Shown here one piece after another: positions 1 to 13,457 of a DNA stretch of 64,000 nt; position 1 is the stretch's first letter; the number at the start of each line of letters is the position of its first letter. Origin of the DNA: Eledone cirrhosa. Its lineage: Eukaryota. The stretch is taken from NCBI GenBank assembly GCA_964016885.1, contig OZ024746.1, positions 39,122,001 to 39,186,000 on the forward strand, read 5' to 3'. Under the pieces are notes generated by a model. It was not told the origin of the DNA, ran no database searches, and saw only the letters and a list, made by a program, of their open reading frames with translations. Made by a program: the position numbers and the translations under genes.

Positions 1-179
1 GACAATGTTGACCTCCTGAAATCCATAGACAGTTGAAAAAAAAAAGACATTTTATGATGCCAAATTCTGCGGGGTTTTTTTTTCTTTTTGAATCATTCTT
101 TAATCTTTCTTTCTATTTCTTCCCATTTTCTTCCCATTTTCTCTCCCTGCCCCTAATCTTTCTCATCTCTATGGACGTT

Positions 180-311
<132 letters not shown>

Positions 312-540
312 ATGTTAAAGATCTATCTTAGCATTCAATATTATTATATTTTTTATTTAATACAAGACAAGCTTTACAGACTTACAGAGCCTAATCTTCA
401 GGGTTTGTGACACTGTTTTCTAAAACGTCTTTATGATAGTAGTCGAATGTGAAATGTGGCTTCCAGATTTGTATGTGATCAATTAGGTGTTTCAATGATT
501 TGTAAATATGTATGTATGTATGTAGGTATGTATGTATGTA

Positions 541-860
541 TGGCGAGGGTCCTCCTATGGTGCTGACATGCAGCGTCTGTGCGAGACTCTGCCTAAGCAA
601 AGCTGGACTCGAAAGTTATCTTCGCAGTCATAAAGTAAGACCAGTGGTTGACTACCAGGCTGCTGTTGGAGATGCTACTCATCATGCTTGCCAAACATGT
701 GGTAGAGAATGTAAATCAGCAGGAGGGCTCAAGCGACATGCAAAAGTACACGAACTCCAACCACAGCCGACTATTCCCAGTGAATGTTTTGGTTGCCGAC
801 TCTGTGCAAGACATTTTAGATCATTGGCTGGGCTAAAAAGCCAATTCGATCGCAGCGCTG
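541..860 (+). mobile_element. 3' coding fragment of an RTE-type LINE with C2H2 zinc fingers
   Basis: CSVC..CLSKAGL..YLRSH, CQTC..CKSAGGLKRHAKVH and CRLC..FRSLAGLKS motifs, starting right after (TATG)n. A related 3' tail sits at 1125-1172. Confidence 0.6.
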
Positions 861-1044
861 TTAGTTGCTATCGTGTGTTTGTGTGTGTGTAGATATGCTT
901 ATGTGTGTGCGTGTGTGTGTATATATATATGTATATGTATATCATTATTGTTGTTGTCGTTATTATTATTGTTGTTATTATTATTATTATTATTGTTATT
1001 AATGTATGTGTGTGTGTGAGTGCCTGTGTGTGTATATGTGTATG

Positions 1045-1093
<49 letters not shown>

Positions 1094-1217
1094 CTTTTTA
1101 TTTATTTATTATTTTTTTTTTTTTTCTCCTCGTGCAATGGCCATACTCGATAACGAGGGGGCAGCCATCATGCATGTATGTATGTATGTATGTATGTATG
1201 TATGTATGTATGTATGT

Positions 1218-1514
1218 ATGATGTTGATTTGTTCTTCTTTTTGGTAAATATCATCTTGGTTAAGAGAGTGGGACTGGCTTTGTGCAGTGCCTTTGCTCAC
1301 TATAAAAGCTTCACGGCACAGGCATTGCTTTATATCTGGAGATCTTTCTGCACTTGTCGTCACATGGTACCATGGGCCCAGCACTATGTGTCAATAATTG
1401 TCACAAGTGTAGTGTTTGTACCAGAGTATTCAAGTCGCTGGCTGGACTAAAAAGTCACACTCGTTCAGCGCATCGGTAGGGGTTCTCCTACATGGATATA
1501 AAGTAGTGGCCGTA
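1218..1514 (+). mobile_element. 5'-truncated copy of the non-autonomous RTE-derived family
   Basis: Matches 16441-16735; preceded by (TATG)n. Confidence 0.8.
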
Positions 1515-1554
1515 TAGAGCTAGTAAACCATATGTATGTATGTATGCATGCGTG

Positions 1555-1950
1555 GGGGATATATGAATACTCTGTTTGGGGCCTGAGCGCACAGTTGGTC
1601 CACCAGGAGTGAGAAACCCCTAATTCTAGGAAAAGGAAAACTCTGATATAAAACTTATGACTCGATAGCTTCTAATGACATTGACTTATTCTTCTTTGTG
1701 GATATTTGTCACTGTTGTTCAGAGAGTGGGATTGGTGCAGTGCAAGGCCTTTCTTCACTTAAAAAAGGTTCAAGCACAAGCATTACTTGATCTAAACGAT
1801 TTTCACGTGTGGCCTTTTCATTTTCCTTTCACTGCAACATATGCGGACAGGAATCTAAGTCCTTGGAAGGGCTAAAAGGTCATGTTCGTACCACTAATGT
1901 ATGAGAAAAAGGTCAAGGGATGGAATTTCTGGAAACCGAGATGAAGGCAA
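1555..1950 (+). mobile_element. Diverged relative of the RTE-derived family
   Basis: AATTCTAGGAAAAGGAAAACTCTGATATAA motif and a decayed zinc finger (CNICG...KSLEGLKGH); TATG-type repeats on both sides. Confidence 0.6.
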
Positions 1951-3178
1951 TATATAATGTACGTATGTATGTATGTATGTATGTAGGTAGGTAGGTAGGT
2001 AGGTAAATAGGTAGGTACGTAGGTAGGTAAGTAGCTGGGTAGGTAGGTGGGTGGGTAGGTTGGTAGATATGAATGGAAGTAGGTATTTAGGTAAGTAGGT
2101 ACGTAGGTAGGTAGGTAGGTAGGTGGTTAGTTGGGTGCATACGTACGTAGATATACACATACTTGTATGTCTATACGGGTGTATATATACATAGGCTAAA
2201 CTTGTGAAATGTTTTGCATTTTCAAGCATCCATGTATGTCATTATTCTGATAAACAGAAAGTTTTTATTCGCTGTTTTGTTGGGGTAGAATTTTGTAACG
2301 TCCCTCAATGTACAACGTCCCTTCGTACACAATCTGAGAAAACTTCCCGAGGAGCTTCTTTATAACCGTCATTATGCTATTTGTCTTGATAGTTGTAAAT
2401 GTGTATAAATACATAACCGTATGTACTGCTTGTATATAATAAATCCTTATATAGCAGTTATTGAAGATTTTCTTTCTATATAATGAGAACTTATTTATTA
2501 ACCTATCATTAGTTTAACAGATATAAAATATTTTGATCTATTTTCTAGCGTTGACCATGAAATTTAATTTCCTACTTATTTATTTATTCAGTCAATTTAA
2601 ACGTCTGTATAGAGCTAGTAAACCATGCCAGATTAGGATAAGTGTCTAATAACCCATAACATTAAAAAACAAAAACAAGAGAGAGTGGGAGAAACAAGAA
2701 AAGAAAGAGAAAAAAGAAGAACAGGGGGCAAGAAGAATAAAATAGAAAAAAAAAGTGAAAAACGAGGACAAACTATAAAATTTCAGTTGTTGAATTTTTT
2801 CATAATCAATGATTTTAATTGAGACTTGCCTCCCTTGAAATATTTGATAATTGTCATTCAGAGTGTTCTCCCTTGATTTATTGCGTTGTTTGAAAATGAT
2901 TTATATCTTTTTATATTATATCAGCCTGTTTTATTCTTCCTACAGCTAGAGCGATCCTATGCTGAGAGATGACGTCATACAGGAGAGTGGCCTCGGACAT
3001 AATTAAGATAATTAACATATAAAATTATTCTAGCCGCAATTAAAGTAAGTTTTGAATGTATCGTAGATGTTAAACTATAATAAATAAGTATTGATACCAG
3101 TCCGGATGTTTATTTATCTATAACTTTTACATTCATTATAAGTTGAAGAGGACGATGGATTGGCAGCATCAATGTATG

Positions 3179-3236
<58 letters not shown>

Positions 3237-3239
3237 TGT

Positions 3240-3274
<35 letters not shown>

Positions 3275-3324
3275 TGTGTGTGTGTGTGTCTGTCTGTATG
3301 TGTGTGTGTGTGTGTGTGTGTCTG

Positions 3325-3366
<42 letters not shown>

Positions 3367-3368
3367 TG

Positions 3369-3411
<43 letters not shown>

Positions 3412-4119
3412 CTGTGTGTATATATATATATATATGTGTGTATGTGTGTGTGTGTACATAAATTAATATAAGGTTATTTTTTCATTAGCTTTCTTGGACT
3501 TTGGAACACTGACATCTACCAAACGTTTTATAAAATAACCCGCCGTCAATTATTGGGGACGATTTAATTGATTTTGCTCCCAAAGTATCTGATTACTTGG
3601 AATCAATAACAAGATTAATTTTAAAGGAGGCGCTAGAATACATGATATAACATCAAGACATATTAGTTAGTTGAAAGTGTATTCTCCTAATGCTGAGAGA
3701 ACTGCAGCCATATTTTCATATTATCTGGTCTCTTTAATGAAGAATAATATAACTGTTTCTGTAGATCTTAGAATGACTAGGTGTAGGGACATCTGAGGTG
3801 TCTGTATAAACAACAGTTGGCATTGTAAATTAAAAGAATGACTAGAAAAATATTGAGCATTCATTTAATCCGCAGTTTTCTTAAAATAATATAAATAACA
3901 CTGATCAACACACTTTTTGCTGACTTAGCTTTTCTTGTTTTTAGCAAATTTTGATTTCAAATATGGCATCCATTTCCTCCTAACACATCAGGTTTTCATA
4001 TTTGTCTTTCGCTCAGCTATTCTATAAACACAGGAAATACAAATATCACTGATCAACAAAATTTTGCTTTTTTTCTGCGGATCTAAGTTTGAGACCAGTA
4101 CTCTTTTCCTATGTATATA

Positions 4120-4213
4120 TAGGGTGTCCCCAAAATGTATACACACTTCAACAGCATTCTAATAAATATTGCTTGTACAAGTAATCAAGTAATCATATTC
4201 TGGGGACACCCTT
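4120..4213. mobile_element. Tc1/mariner-type MITE (~95 bp)
   Basis: AGGGTGTCCCCA...TGGGGACACCCT TIRs with TA flanks; reverse-orientation homologue at 37955-38053. Confidence 0.75.
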
Positions 4214-4268
4214 TATATAATGGATATATATATATATACATATAATTTATATTATATATATATATATG

Positions 4269-4338
<70 letters not shown>

Positions 4339-4344
<6 letters not shown>

Positions 4345-4759
4345 TAAACGGAATAGAAAATGCTGACAAATTGTTCACAGTTGAAAAATGGTTTAATTAG
4401 GAATAAAAGAGTATTAGTGATTGTATGGGTTAGTATTCAGTTGTGGTTTTAAGTTTTTAAGTTTTTACCGGTTGTGCATTTCTAAATGCTTTTCAAAAAT
4501 AATTTTGAGATAGAGTGTCCGTGCTGTTTACTCTGATCTGATTAGTTTTGGGAATTCTACCTGTTTTTATGTAGAGGTCATGTGAATGTAAAAAATTGAT
4601 TTTGCGCCAAGACTGTTTTTATGTTAAAAAAGTGGCTCCAGCGCTACTTGGTGTTTGCAAAAATTCTTGTGATCAAAACAATTTTGATTGGTCGGTAGAA
4701 GTCATGTGAATGAAAAATTGGTTTTGCGCCAAGATTGAGAAATGACTCTTTCACAACAA

Positions 4760-4841
<82 letters not shown>

Positions 4842-5044
4842 TAGTAGTAAGGTGTTCGATGTTGTGATAATGGTTAGCAGGGATGTGTGTCAAATGGCTA
4901 TTAAGATAAGTGTGTGCGTGTGTGTGTATATATAGCAGAGTAATTCGTGGTAGCAGAGATGGTCAGTAATAATGTGTCTGAAAGCAATGGGGGGTATTTT
5001 AGCATGTCAAAAGATATTTTTCAGCTTTTGTCTTATACGGAGAA

Positions 5045-5090
<46 letters not shown>

Positions 5091-5274
5091 GTCTCTTTGT
5101 ATGTTAATGTACGCGTGTGTGTGTGGGGGGGGACCAGTATTTTTTTACCCCTGGTAAAATGGTGTACATTATTCGATTTTTTCAGTAAAATCGGTTCTCT
5201 TAATAAAACATCAAAAATCTTAATAAAAGATGTGAAATGATATTCACTATATATATATATACAAATACTTATAT

Positions 5275-5322
<48 letters not shown>

Positions 5323-5350
5323 TTTTTTTGTGTATTTTTTTGTGTAAAAA

Positions 5351-5422
<72 letters not shown>

Positions 5423-5568
5423 ATATATGTATGTGTATATATATATATAGTGAATATCATTTCTCACCTTTTATTGTAAAGATTTTTGATGTTCTATTAA
5501 GAGAACCGATTTTACTGAAAAAATCGAATAATGTACACCATTTTACCAGGGGGAAAAAAATACTGGTC

Positions 5569-5614
<46 letters not shown>

Positions 5615-5798
5615 CACACACACATACACACGCGTACATTAACATACAAAGAGACTTATATACACACACACACACACACACACACGCACTTCTCCGTATA
5701 AGACAAAAGCTGAAAAATATCTTTTGACATGCTAAAATACCCCCCATTGCTTTCAGACACATTATTACTGACCATCCCTGCTACCACGAATTACTCTG

Positions 5799-5864
<66 letters not shown>

Positions 5865-6450
5865 ATCTTAATAGCCATTTAACACACATCCCTGCTAACC
5901 ATTATCACAACATCGAACATCTTACTACTACTACTACACACACACACACACACATATTTGTTGTGAAAGAGTCATTTCTCAATCTTGGCGCAAAACCAAT
6001 TTTTTATTCACATGACCTCTACCGACCAATCAAAATTGTTTTGACCACAAGAATTTTTGCAAACACCAAGTAGCGGTGGAGACACTTTTTTAACATAAAA
6101 ACAGTCTTGGCGCAAAATCAATTTTTTACATTCACATGACCTCTACCGACCAATCAAAATTGTTTTGACCACAAGAATTTTTGCAACACCAAAGTAACGC
6201 TGGAGCCACTTTTTAACATAAAAACAGGTAGAATTCCCAAAACTAATCAGATCAGAGCAAACAGCACGGACACTCTATCTCAAAATTATTTTTGAAAAGC
6301 ATTTAGAAATGCGCAACCGGTAAAAACTTAAAAACTTAAAACCACAACTGAATACTAACCCATACAATCACTAATACTCTTTTATTCCTAATTAAACCAT
6401 TTTTCAACTGTGAACAATTTGTCAGCATTTTCTATTCCGTTTACCAATAT
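4339..6450. repeat. ~2.1-kb imperfect palindrome: two ~1-kb arms around a TA-rich centre
   Basis: 4339-~5310 is the reverse complement of ~5390-6450, including internal (TG)n/(CA)n tracts. The outer end recurs at 52826-53004. Confidence 0.9.
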
Positions 6451-6482
6451 ATAATAACTTGTGTGTTACACCTCTATTCTTT

Positions 6483-6562
<80 letters not shown>

Positions 6563-6915
6563 TATACATATACATATATATACATATACATATATTTCAT
6601 TGTAAAGGACTGCTTGAGTTTAGAACTCATTATTCTTAGTATATACATATATATATATAGGGAGAGAGAGTGAGAGATAGTGTGAGAGAGAGAATGTAAC
6701 GTCCAGTTATTGTAGGTTCACCAGTTTGAGCACTCGATACATAGTTTCCAGTAAATGTTGAAGTGTAGTTTTAAGCAGAGTGTAATTATAAGAATAATAA
6801 ATTGATTCCAGAGTCGGGTTAGACCCATACAGATCGGACCTTGAGCTGATCAATAGCGAAACGCGCGCCACTATTCAATAGACATAATGAAAACATAAAA
6901 AATCGTCCTATTTAT

Positions 6916-6948
<33 letters not shown>

Positions 6949-7094
6949 GTATATCTGTATACATAGAGAGCGGGTAACCGAGACTTCACCAATGCAGTCA
7001 ATTTATATACACATTGTTGCTGCAGTCATGGTTACACACTCAGTATGTATACAGATATAACTTTATCGTTCACTTCACCTGCTACCGCAGTTCT

Positions 7095-7187
<93 letters not shown>

Positions 7188-7190
<3 letters not shown>

Positions 7191-7310
7191 AAACTCGCCG
7201 AGGAGATGACGAAGGACCGTGACGGGTGGAGAGATGCTGTGCTGAATAGGACCCGTCCAACCCTTGCAAGCAGGGAAAAGCGGACGTAAAATGATGATGA
7301 TGATGATGAT
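7188..7310 (+). mobile_element. Extreme 3' end of an RTE-type LINE
   Basis: AEEMTKDRDGWRDAV...stop, followed by a (TGA)n tail. Confidence 0.6.
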
Positions 7311-7653
7311 AATAATATAATATATTTCACTTCATAATCCTTGTTTGTAAATAACATTATTCTTTCTGCACCATTTCTTTAACATGTGCGACACCACCAT
7401 ACTACACTAATACATATCACTATCATTTGATAATGCATAAAAATGCTGAAACCGGTAATAGACAATTATTAAATATATAAATAGATAAATAAATGCCATT
7501 GTTAATTAATAAATAAATCAACTAATACCTTAACACTTCACACGAAGTAAAACATTCCGTTTTAATCAATTTCTAACCCAGAAAAAAGAGAGAAAGAAAT
7601 AAAAAAGGAAAAAAATATATTTTTCTTCCTAATAATCGTCTCTTTCTCCCTGT

Positions 7654-7726
<73 letters not shown>

Positions 7727-7920
7727 GATAAATCTACCAAAAGTTTACGGTAGTGTCCAATCCGTATGAAGAACTCAATGTAATCCGGATATCATGGAAA
7801 GAAGAGATGCATTCAAAAATCACTTTCGGTGAAAGATAAACGGAATACAGAGTCAAGATAAAATGTTAAAAAAATAATGAATAAAACAATGAAACAGTTC
7901 CTTATATTAAACAAAAAAAG

Positions 7921-8073
7921 TTCATTATTTAACGATCGTTTCTAGGACATATATGTGTTAGAATTGGCATGCATATTCAACAGATCTATGTACAAAATTA
8001 TACAAAATTATACAAACTATCAAATATAATATACATACCAACACATACATATGCCGTCTTCAGAAATAATGAA
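7921..8073 (-). ncRNA. Type I hammerhead ribozyme in the downstream pLTR, with a long stem II
   Basis: Minus strand reads UUCAUUAUUU-CUGAAGA-(114 nt)-GAAAC-GAUC-GUU-AAAUAAUGAA: 10-bp stem I and palindromic stem III. Confidence 0.75.
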
Positions 8074-8423
8074 ATATATTTATTGATAATAACAACAATT
8101 CAAAATTACAGGTCTGTTTGGGAACAGAGTTCAAATTGACCAATGAAATACACAAAATTATATCAAGAAAAAACAGTTAGGTGTGTGTATATATGTAAGT
8201 AACCTCGTTCACAGATATGCATAAAAATATATGTTCACATGCATACGCATGTCGAAAAAATGTATGTAAATACAAAAATTCAGGGCTAATGTCTCTGTAT
8301 GTTTATAATCTACAGACAAAATACACATACGTATATAAACATATATACACTCATATGTACACACATATACATACATTCATACACACACGCGCATATACAC
8401 ATAAACATACACATACCCACGAG

Positions 8424-8500
<77 letters not shown>

Positions 8501-8738
8501 ACATACGTATATATTATTATTATTATAACTATATGGATATTAAGGCGCACACATAAATACTGCCACATATATTTACATCTAAATGCAGAACTAAAGTAGG
8601 TAAAGGGGGTCAGTAATTACTGAGGGTGTCAGACAACTGCCTATTTATAAAATGTATCTATAAATTTAGAAATAAAAAGAAATATATTAAAAAGAAATAA
8701 ACAAGTAAAATATATACTCATACATAAAATACACACCG

Positions 8739-8809
<71 letters not shown>

Positions 8810-9216
8810 CACACATATATATATAGAGACATATACATATATAAATACATAGACACACATACATACACACATATATATATACATATACTCACAACACATA
8901 TATATATATACACATACATGTACATACACATACACATACATACATATACATATATATATATACACACATATATATACATACATATATACACACATATATA
9001 TATATACATACACGCACATATATAAACACACACACACATACATATACGTATATATACATACACATACACATATCCATGTATATATATATACACATACAAC
9101 CACACGCTCACACACAACTCAGACATACATAAATAAAGAGATATACATACACACACATATATATATAGATATATACATACACATAAATATATATACACAC
9201 ACACACACATACACAT

Positions 9217-9303
<87 letters not shown>

Positions 9304-9416
9304 TAAATAAATACACACAGTCAGACAATTATGCACACATATATATATATACATACACACATCTCTACAAATATATATACACATACACACACACACACAC
9401 ATATATATATATACAC

Positions 9417-9463
<47 letters not shown>

Positions 9464-9482
9464 TATATATACATACATACAC

Positions 9483-9555
<73 letters not shown>

Positions 9556-9829
9556 ATACTACACACTTATTTACATGCGCACATATGTATTTTTATACTC
9601 ACATACAAACACCCAAACATACATACATACTTACATACACATACATACATTCATGCTTACAAATACGAATAATTATAGGGGTGGGGAGGGGATTAAAATT
9701 ATTAGTGGGAAATAGTAAATATAGGTTTCAAGGAACATAGAATATTAATCTGCATTTAGATCATAATATGTGTTTACATAGTAGTTTCAGTATTAGGAAA
9801 TGTAAGAAAGAAGGCAAAATTATGCATTT

Positions 9830-10745
9830 TAATATAAGTAGACTATTAATTATAGGTTAACTAAATTAAAAATAGTTAATATATTTATTTCTAAGGTGTA
9901 TACCGTTTAGGTTTATAATATTTAAAGCGGAATTTTGAAGTTAAACAGTAGTAGAGTATTAATTATAGCATAACTAAATTAAAAATATTAACATTATGGT
10001 ATCAATTTTAGGAAATGAATTTAGTAATAGGGAAAACCAAATCAAGTATTTCATCGGTAGTAGAATATAAATTATAGGTTAACTAAATTAAAAATTATAT
10101 ATTAATTTCTATAGTATATGTTAATTAGGTTTATAATAATTAAAGCAGATTTTGTATTTTATCTATAGTAGAATATAATTATAGGTTAACAAAAATTAAA
10201 ATTAATATATATATATATATATATTTAATTGTAAAGAATATATTAATTAGGTATATATTTAAAAGTTTATCTCAGTTTATGATTACATGATATTCTGCAA
10301 TCCATCTGTATTAGAATTTTAATTTTAAGCTAACTAAATTAAAATTATAGGTTAACTAAATTAAAATTAATTTATAAATAAATTTCTAAATTGTACATTA
10401 ATTAGGTTTATAATATTAAAAAGTATTTCTCTGTTATTGATTACACGATATTTTGTTATATTTCATCTGTAAAGGAATTTTAATAAAAGGTTAAATAAAC
10501 TAAAATTAATCTATAAATTAATTTACAAAGTATATATTAATTATGTTAATAATATTTAAAAGTTTTTCACAATTTATGATTACACAATATTTTTTAATCT
10601 CATCTGTAGTAGAATTTTAATTAAATTAAAGTTATAGGTTAACTACATTTAAATTAAATTATATATTAATTTCTAAAATATATATTATTAATTAGGTTTA
10701 TAATATTTAAATGTTTTTCTCAGTTTATGATTACACGATATAATT
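9830..10745 (-). repeat. Degenerate AT-rich tandem array (~120-155 bp units) derived from the ORF 3' end
   Basis: A TTAATTAGGTTTATAATATT...TGATTACACGATA-like block recurs near 10688, 10537, 10397 and 10243, with shorter matches near 10121 and 9905. Confidence 0.8.
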
Positions 10746-13129
10746 AATTCCTGTCGCTTATTTAATAGGATATCCTTAGATTTCATTATTTCAAATAGTT
10801 CTTGGGAACATAATCTACATTCATTTCTATTATTTTGATAAGGGGTGGCTCTTTTGAGCACACTCCAGGTCATATCATATTCTATATTCTTATTTCTATA
10901 ACTATTAATTTTTTCTGCTAGAGATGTTGTATTAGCCAGTGCGGCATTTTTAAAACTATGTTTGTGGGTATTAAACCTTACCTTAAAATTGTTAGAAGTA
11001 GCTCCTATATATGAGCAAATAGAATCTTTAGTTTTAACTTTACATTTATAAACTATGTTGTTAACAAGACAATTTCCTTTTAATGGGCAGTTTGCTTTGT
11101 TTCTACAGTTACAACCTTTCGTTAATTCTGTATTTGAGGAGATATTATGGTTAGTTTGATGTATTGGTGGTATACTTATGGTTTTTTTACATTTATATGC
11201 ATTATAGGCACTTATATTTTGTTTTATGTTTTTGGTTGTTGAGTATGAGAATTTAACTGTTGATCTATTTAAGATTTGATGGTATTTGTGGTTTGGCGGG
11301 AAGTTTTTCTCTAGGATATAAAAAATCTTTTTAGCAATATTATCCTTAATTTGTAAATTAAATGGAGCATTATACCAAGTAACTCGTCTATTACGGTTTC
11401 TATGTTGTTTATTATTTTTATAGGTTGCATCGTGATGTTTACTAGGAGGATTAATGTTAATGACCTCACCACGCACATTTTTAGTTAGATTTATTGATTT
11501 AGGTGTTTTATCTTGTTTATTAGGAGTTTTATTATTAACATTTATTAGAGTTGTATGATGAGTAGTTATTTGAGAGTTACTATACTTTATATTAGAGGAG
11601 TTGTTGGTATTTTGGGGTATAGTGTGAGTGGCGTTTAGGTGTGTACTTTTCATTTGGTGTTTGTTGGTAATATTAGGTTGTATGTTTATAGTATTTTTAG
11701 TAGAAGGTATATATTCTAATCTATTTTTGTGGCCACTTCTATCTAGAGCTTCGTTATAGAAGGTCGCATTTTTATCAAATACATCTTGGTTAGACGAAAG
11801 GTTAGAAATTCTAAGTGATATATTATATGCAAGGTTTTTAAGGATAGATTTAGGGTGATTAGATTGTGAGTGTAAGTTTTGGTTGGGTTTATGGTAAGGT
11901 TGGTAGATACCCGTAGCTAAGTCTAAAGTTATATCTAGGAAATTAACTACTTTACTTGTGTTTTCAAAAGTAATATGAAGACTATAATAGTCTTTAAGGA
12001 AAGTTCTAATAAGCTTTTTGTTTTTTTCTATTTCTGAGAGGCTAAGGTTGTTGGAAAGAAGAAGACAGTCATCACGATATAAACCACCTTTAAGGTGGGG
12101 AAAGGAAGCATTTATGTTGAAAAGAAGAAAGAGGCCCACAAGATCAGTAATTTGGGCAGAATCGCTTGAACCCATAGTAATATCAAATAGATTACTATAT
12201 GTGTTTCTGGTCCAGTATTCATTCTGAAATTCAATAAGTGTTAGTCTAGCATGTGTAATAATGTCATCCAAAGTTAAGTTAGATCTATTTTTAGCAAATA
12301 TCAAAGCTTTGTTCAGGAGTATAGGTGATATAGAAGAATAGTAATTATCTATATCAAATTGTAGAAATGAAGCAGAAGATTTACATCTAATATTTTTAAA
12401 CCAGTTAATTACCTGGGAAGTGTTTTCCCAGAGTGGTAAATTAACATGTTTTCTTATTTGTGGGATGACTCTATCCAAAATTTTTTTGCTAATTATTCCA
12501 ATATCAGATTTGGAGGGACATATAAGTCTTATAGAAGGATTTGAGTTAAAGTTTGATTTATGATCCTTCAGGTTGAAGTGTGGTCTTTTCAATGCCAAAG
12601 GTTCAGTTCTATCTTCAATATTTAGTTTATTTACTATGTTGTGTGTTTTGTTGTTGATGTTGGTGAGTGACGCATTATTAGATTTTTTATAATTTTTCCT
12701 GAGTTCTTTATATATGAACTCATTATAATTTTCAATATCCATGTGATACAAGTTTCCAGTTTTGTCCGAGTGGATATGGATTTTTTTAGACTTTTTTAGG
12801 TCCAATAGGGTAGAATCAAGGTCCTTTTGAAAGACAGATTTATACTTCTTAAATTTGAGGTGTTTAATTAAATTAAAAAGGTCTTTCTCAAAGTCTTCAA
12901 GTAGAGAGTTGTGTGGTGGATTCTTGTAAGTAGTGAAATCATACATATATTTCCTATCTGCATATTTAGATTTTTTATCGAAGTGGTAGGCCCTCCATCT
13001 AACTCTTCTGATAAATTGGTTAGTTTTCTGTATCATAAGGAGTAAGAAGTCATCCTTAGAAGGTATTGGTATATTCTTTAAAGAGGTACCCAAGTATTGT
13101 TTTTCCATTGTGATATGGATAATGGACAA
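10688..13129 (-). CDS. Penelope-like reverse transcriptase with C-terminal GIY-YIG endonuclease; likely ATG at 13108 (MEKQ...)
   Basis: Uninterrupted ORF. Motifs: SLKNIPIP, LKDHK...RLICP, FDIDNYYSSI, MGSSDSAQITDLVG, YRDD, VNFLDITLDL, WYNAPF, CNCRNKANC (CxCx5C, typical of the Naiad clade), IVYKC...YIGATSNNFKVRFNTH (GIY-YIG), CRLC. Confidence 0.95.
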   Translation of the reverse strand: MSIIHITMEKQYLGTSLKNIPIPSKDDFLLLMIQKTNQFIRRVRWRAYHFDKKSKYADRKYMYDFTTYKNPPHNSLLEDFEKDLFNLIKHLKFKKYKSVFQKDLDSTLLDLKKSKKIHIHSDKTGNLYHMDIENYNEFIYKELRKNYKKSNNASLTNINNKTHNIVNKLNIEDRTEPLALKRPHFNLKDHKSNFNSNPSIRLICPSKSDIGIISKKILDRVIPQIRKHVNLPLWENTSQVINWFKNIRCKSSASFLQFDIDNYYSSISPILLNKALIFAKNRSNLTLDDIITHARLTLIEFQNEYWTRNTYSNLFDITMGSSDSAQITDLVGLFLLFNINASFPHLKGGLYRDDCLLLSNNLSLSEIEKNKKLIRTFLKDYYSLHITFENTSKVVNFLDITLDLATGIYQPYHKPNQNLHSQSNHPKSILKNLAYNISLRISNLSSNQDVFDKNATFYNEALDRSGHKNRLEYIPSTKNTINIQPNITNKHQMKSTHLNATHTIPQNTNNSSNIKYSNSQITTHHTTLINVNNKTPNKQDKTPKSINLTKNVRGEVININPPSKHHDATYKNNKQHRNRNRRVTWYNAPFNLQIKDNIAKKIFYILEKNFPPNHKYHQILNRSTVKFSYSTTKNIKQNISAYNAYKCKKTISIPPIHQTNHNISSNTELTKGCNCRNKANCPLKGNCLVNNIVYKCKVKTKDSICSYIGATSNNFKVRFNTHKHSFKNAALANTTSLAEKINSYRNKNIEYDMTWSVLKRATPYQNNRNECRLCSQELFEIMKSKDILLNKRQELIISCNHKLRKTFKYYKPN

Positions 13130-13457
13130 TAGAAAGAGCTCAACTAAATGTATATGGGGTTATAAAATCATACATATATATGTATATACATAAATATAAA
13201 ATTAACACACATATACAGTACAAAAATACGAATATTTCCGTGAAAATAGGAGCAAATTATGTAGATAAATCTACCAAAAGTTTACGGTAGTGTCCAATCC
13301 GTATGAAGAACTCAATGTAATCCGGATATCATGGAAAGAAGAGATGCATTCAAAAATCACTTTCGGTGAAAGATAAACGGAATACAGAGTCAAGATAAAA
13401 TGTTAAAAAAATAATGAATAAAACAATGAAACAGTTCCTTATATTAAACAAAAAAAG

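Noticed and set aside
512-892. Host C2H2 zinc-finger gene
   Set aside because: No TGEKP linkers, starts in (TATG)n, and the KSLAGLKSH-type fingers match the RTE-derived repeats in this window.
4355-4400. CTGACAA-stem-GAAA at the palindrome end
   Set aside because: Core mismatch in all three copies and no stem I.
9830-10745. CRISPR-like array
   Set aside because: Whole units are homologous with no unique spacers, there are no cas genes, and the context is eukaryotic.
10688-13129. Selenoprotein recoding in the Naiad ORF
   Set aside because: No in-frame TGA; the conserved cysteines use normal codons.
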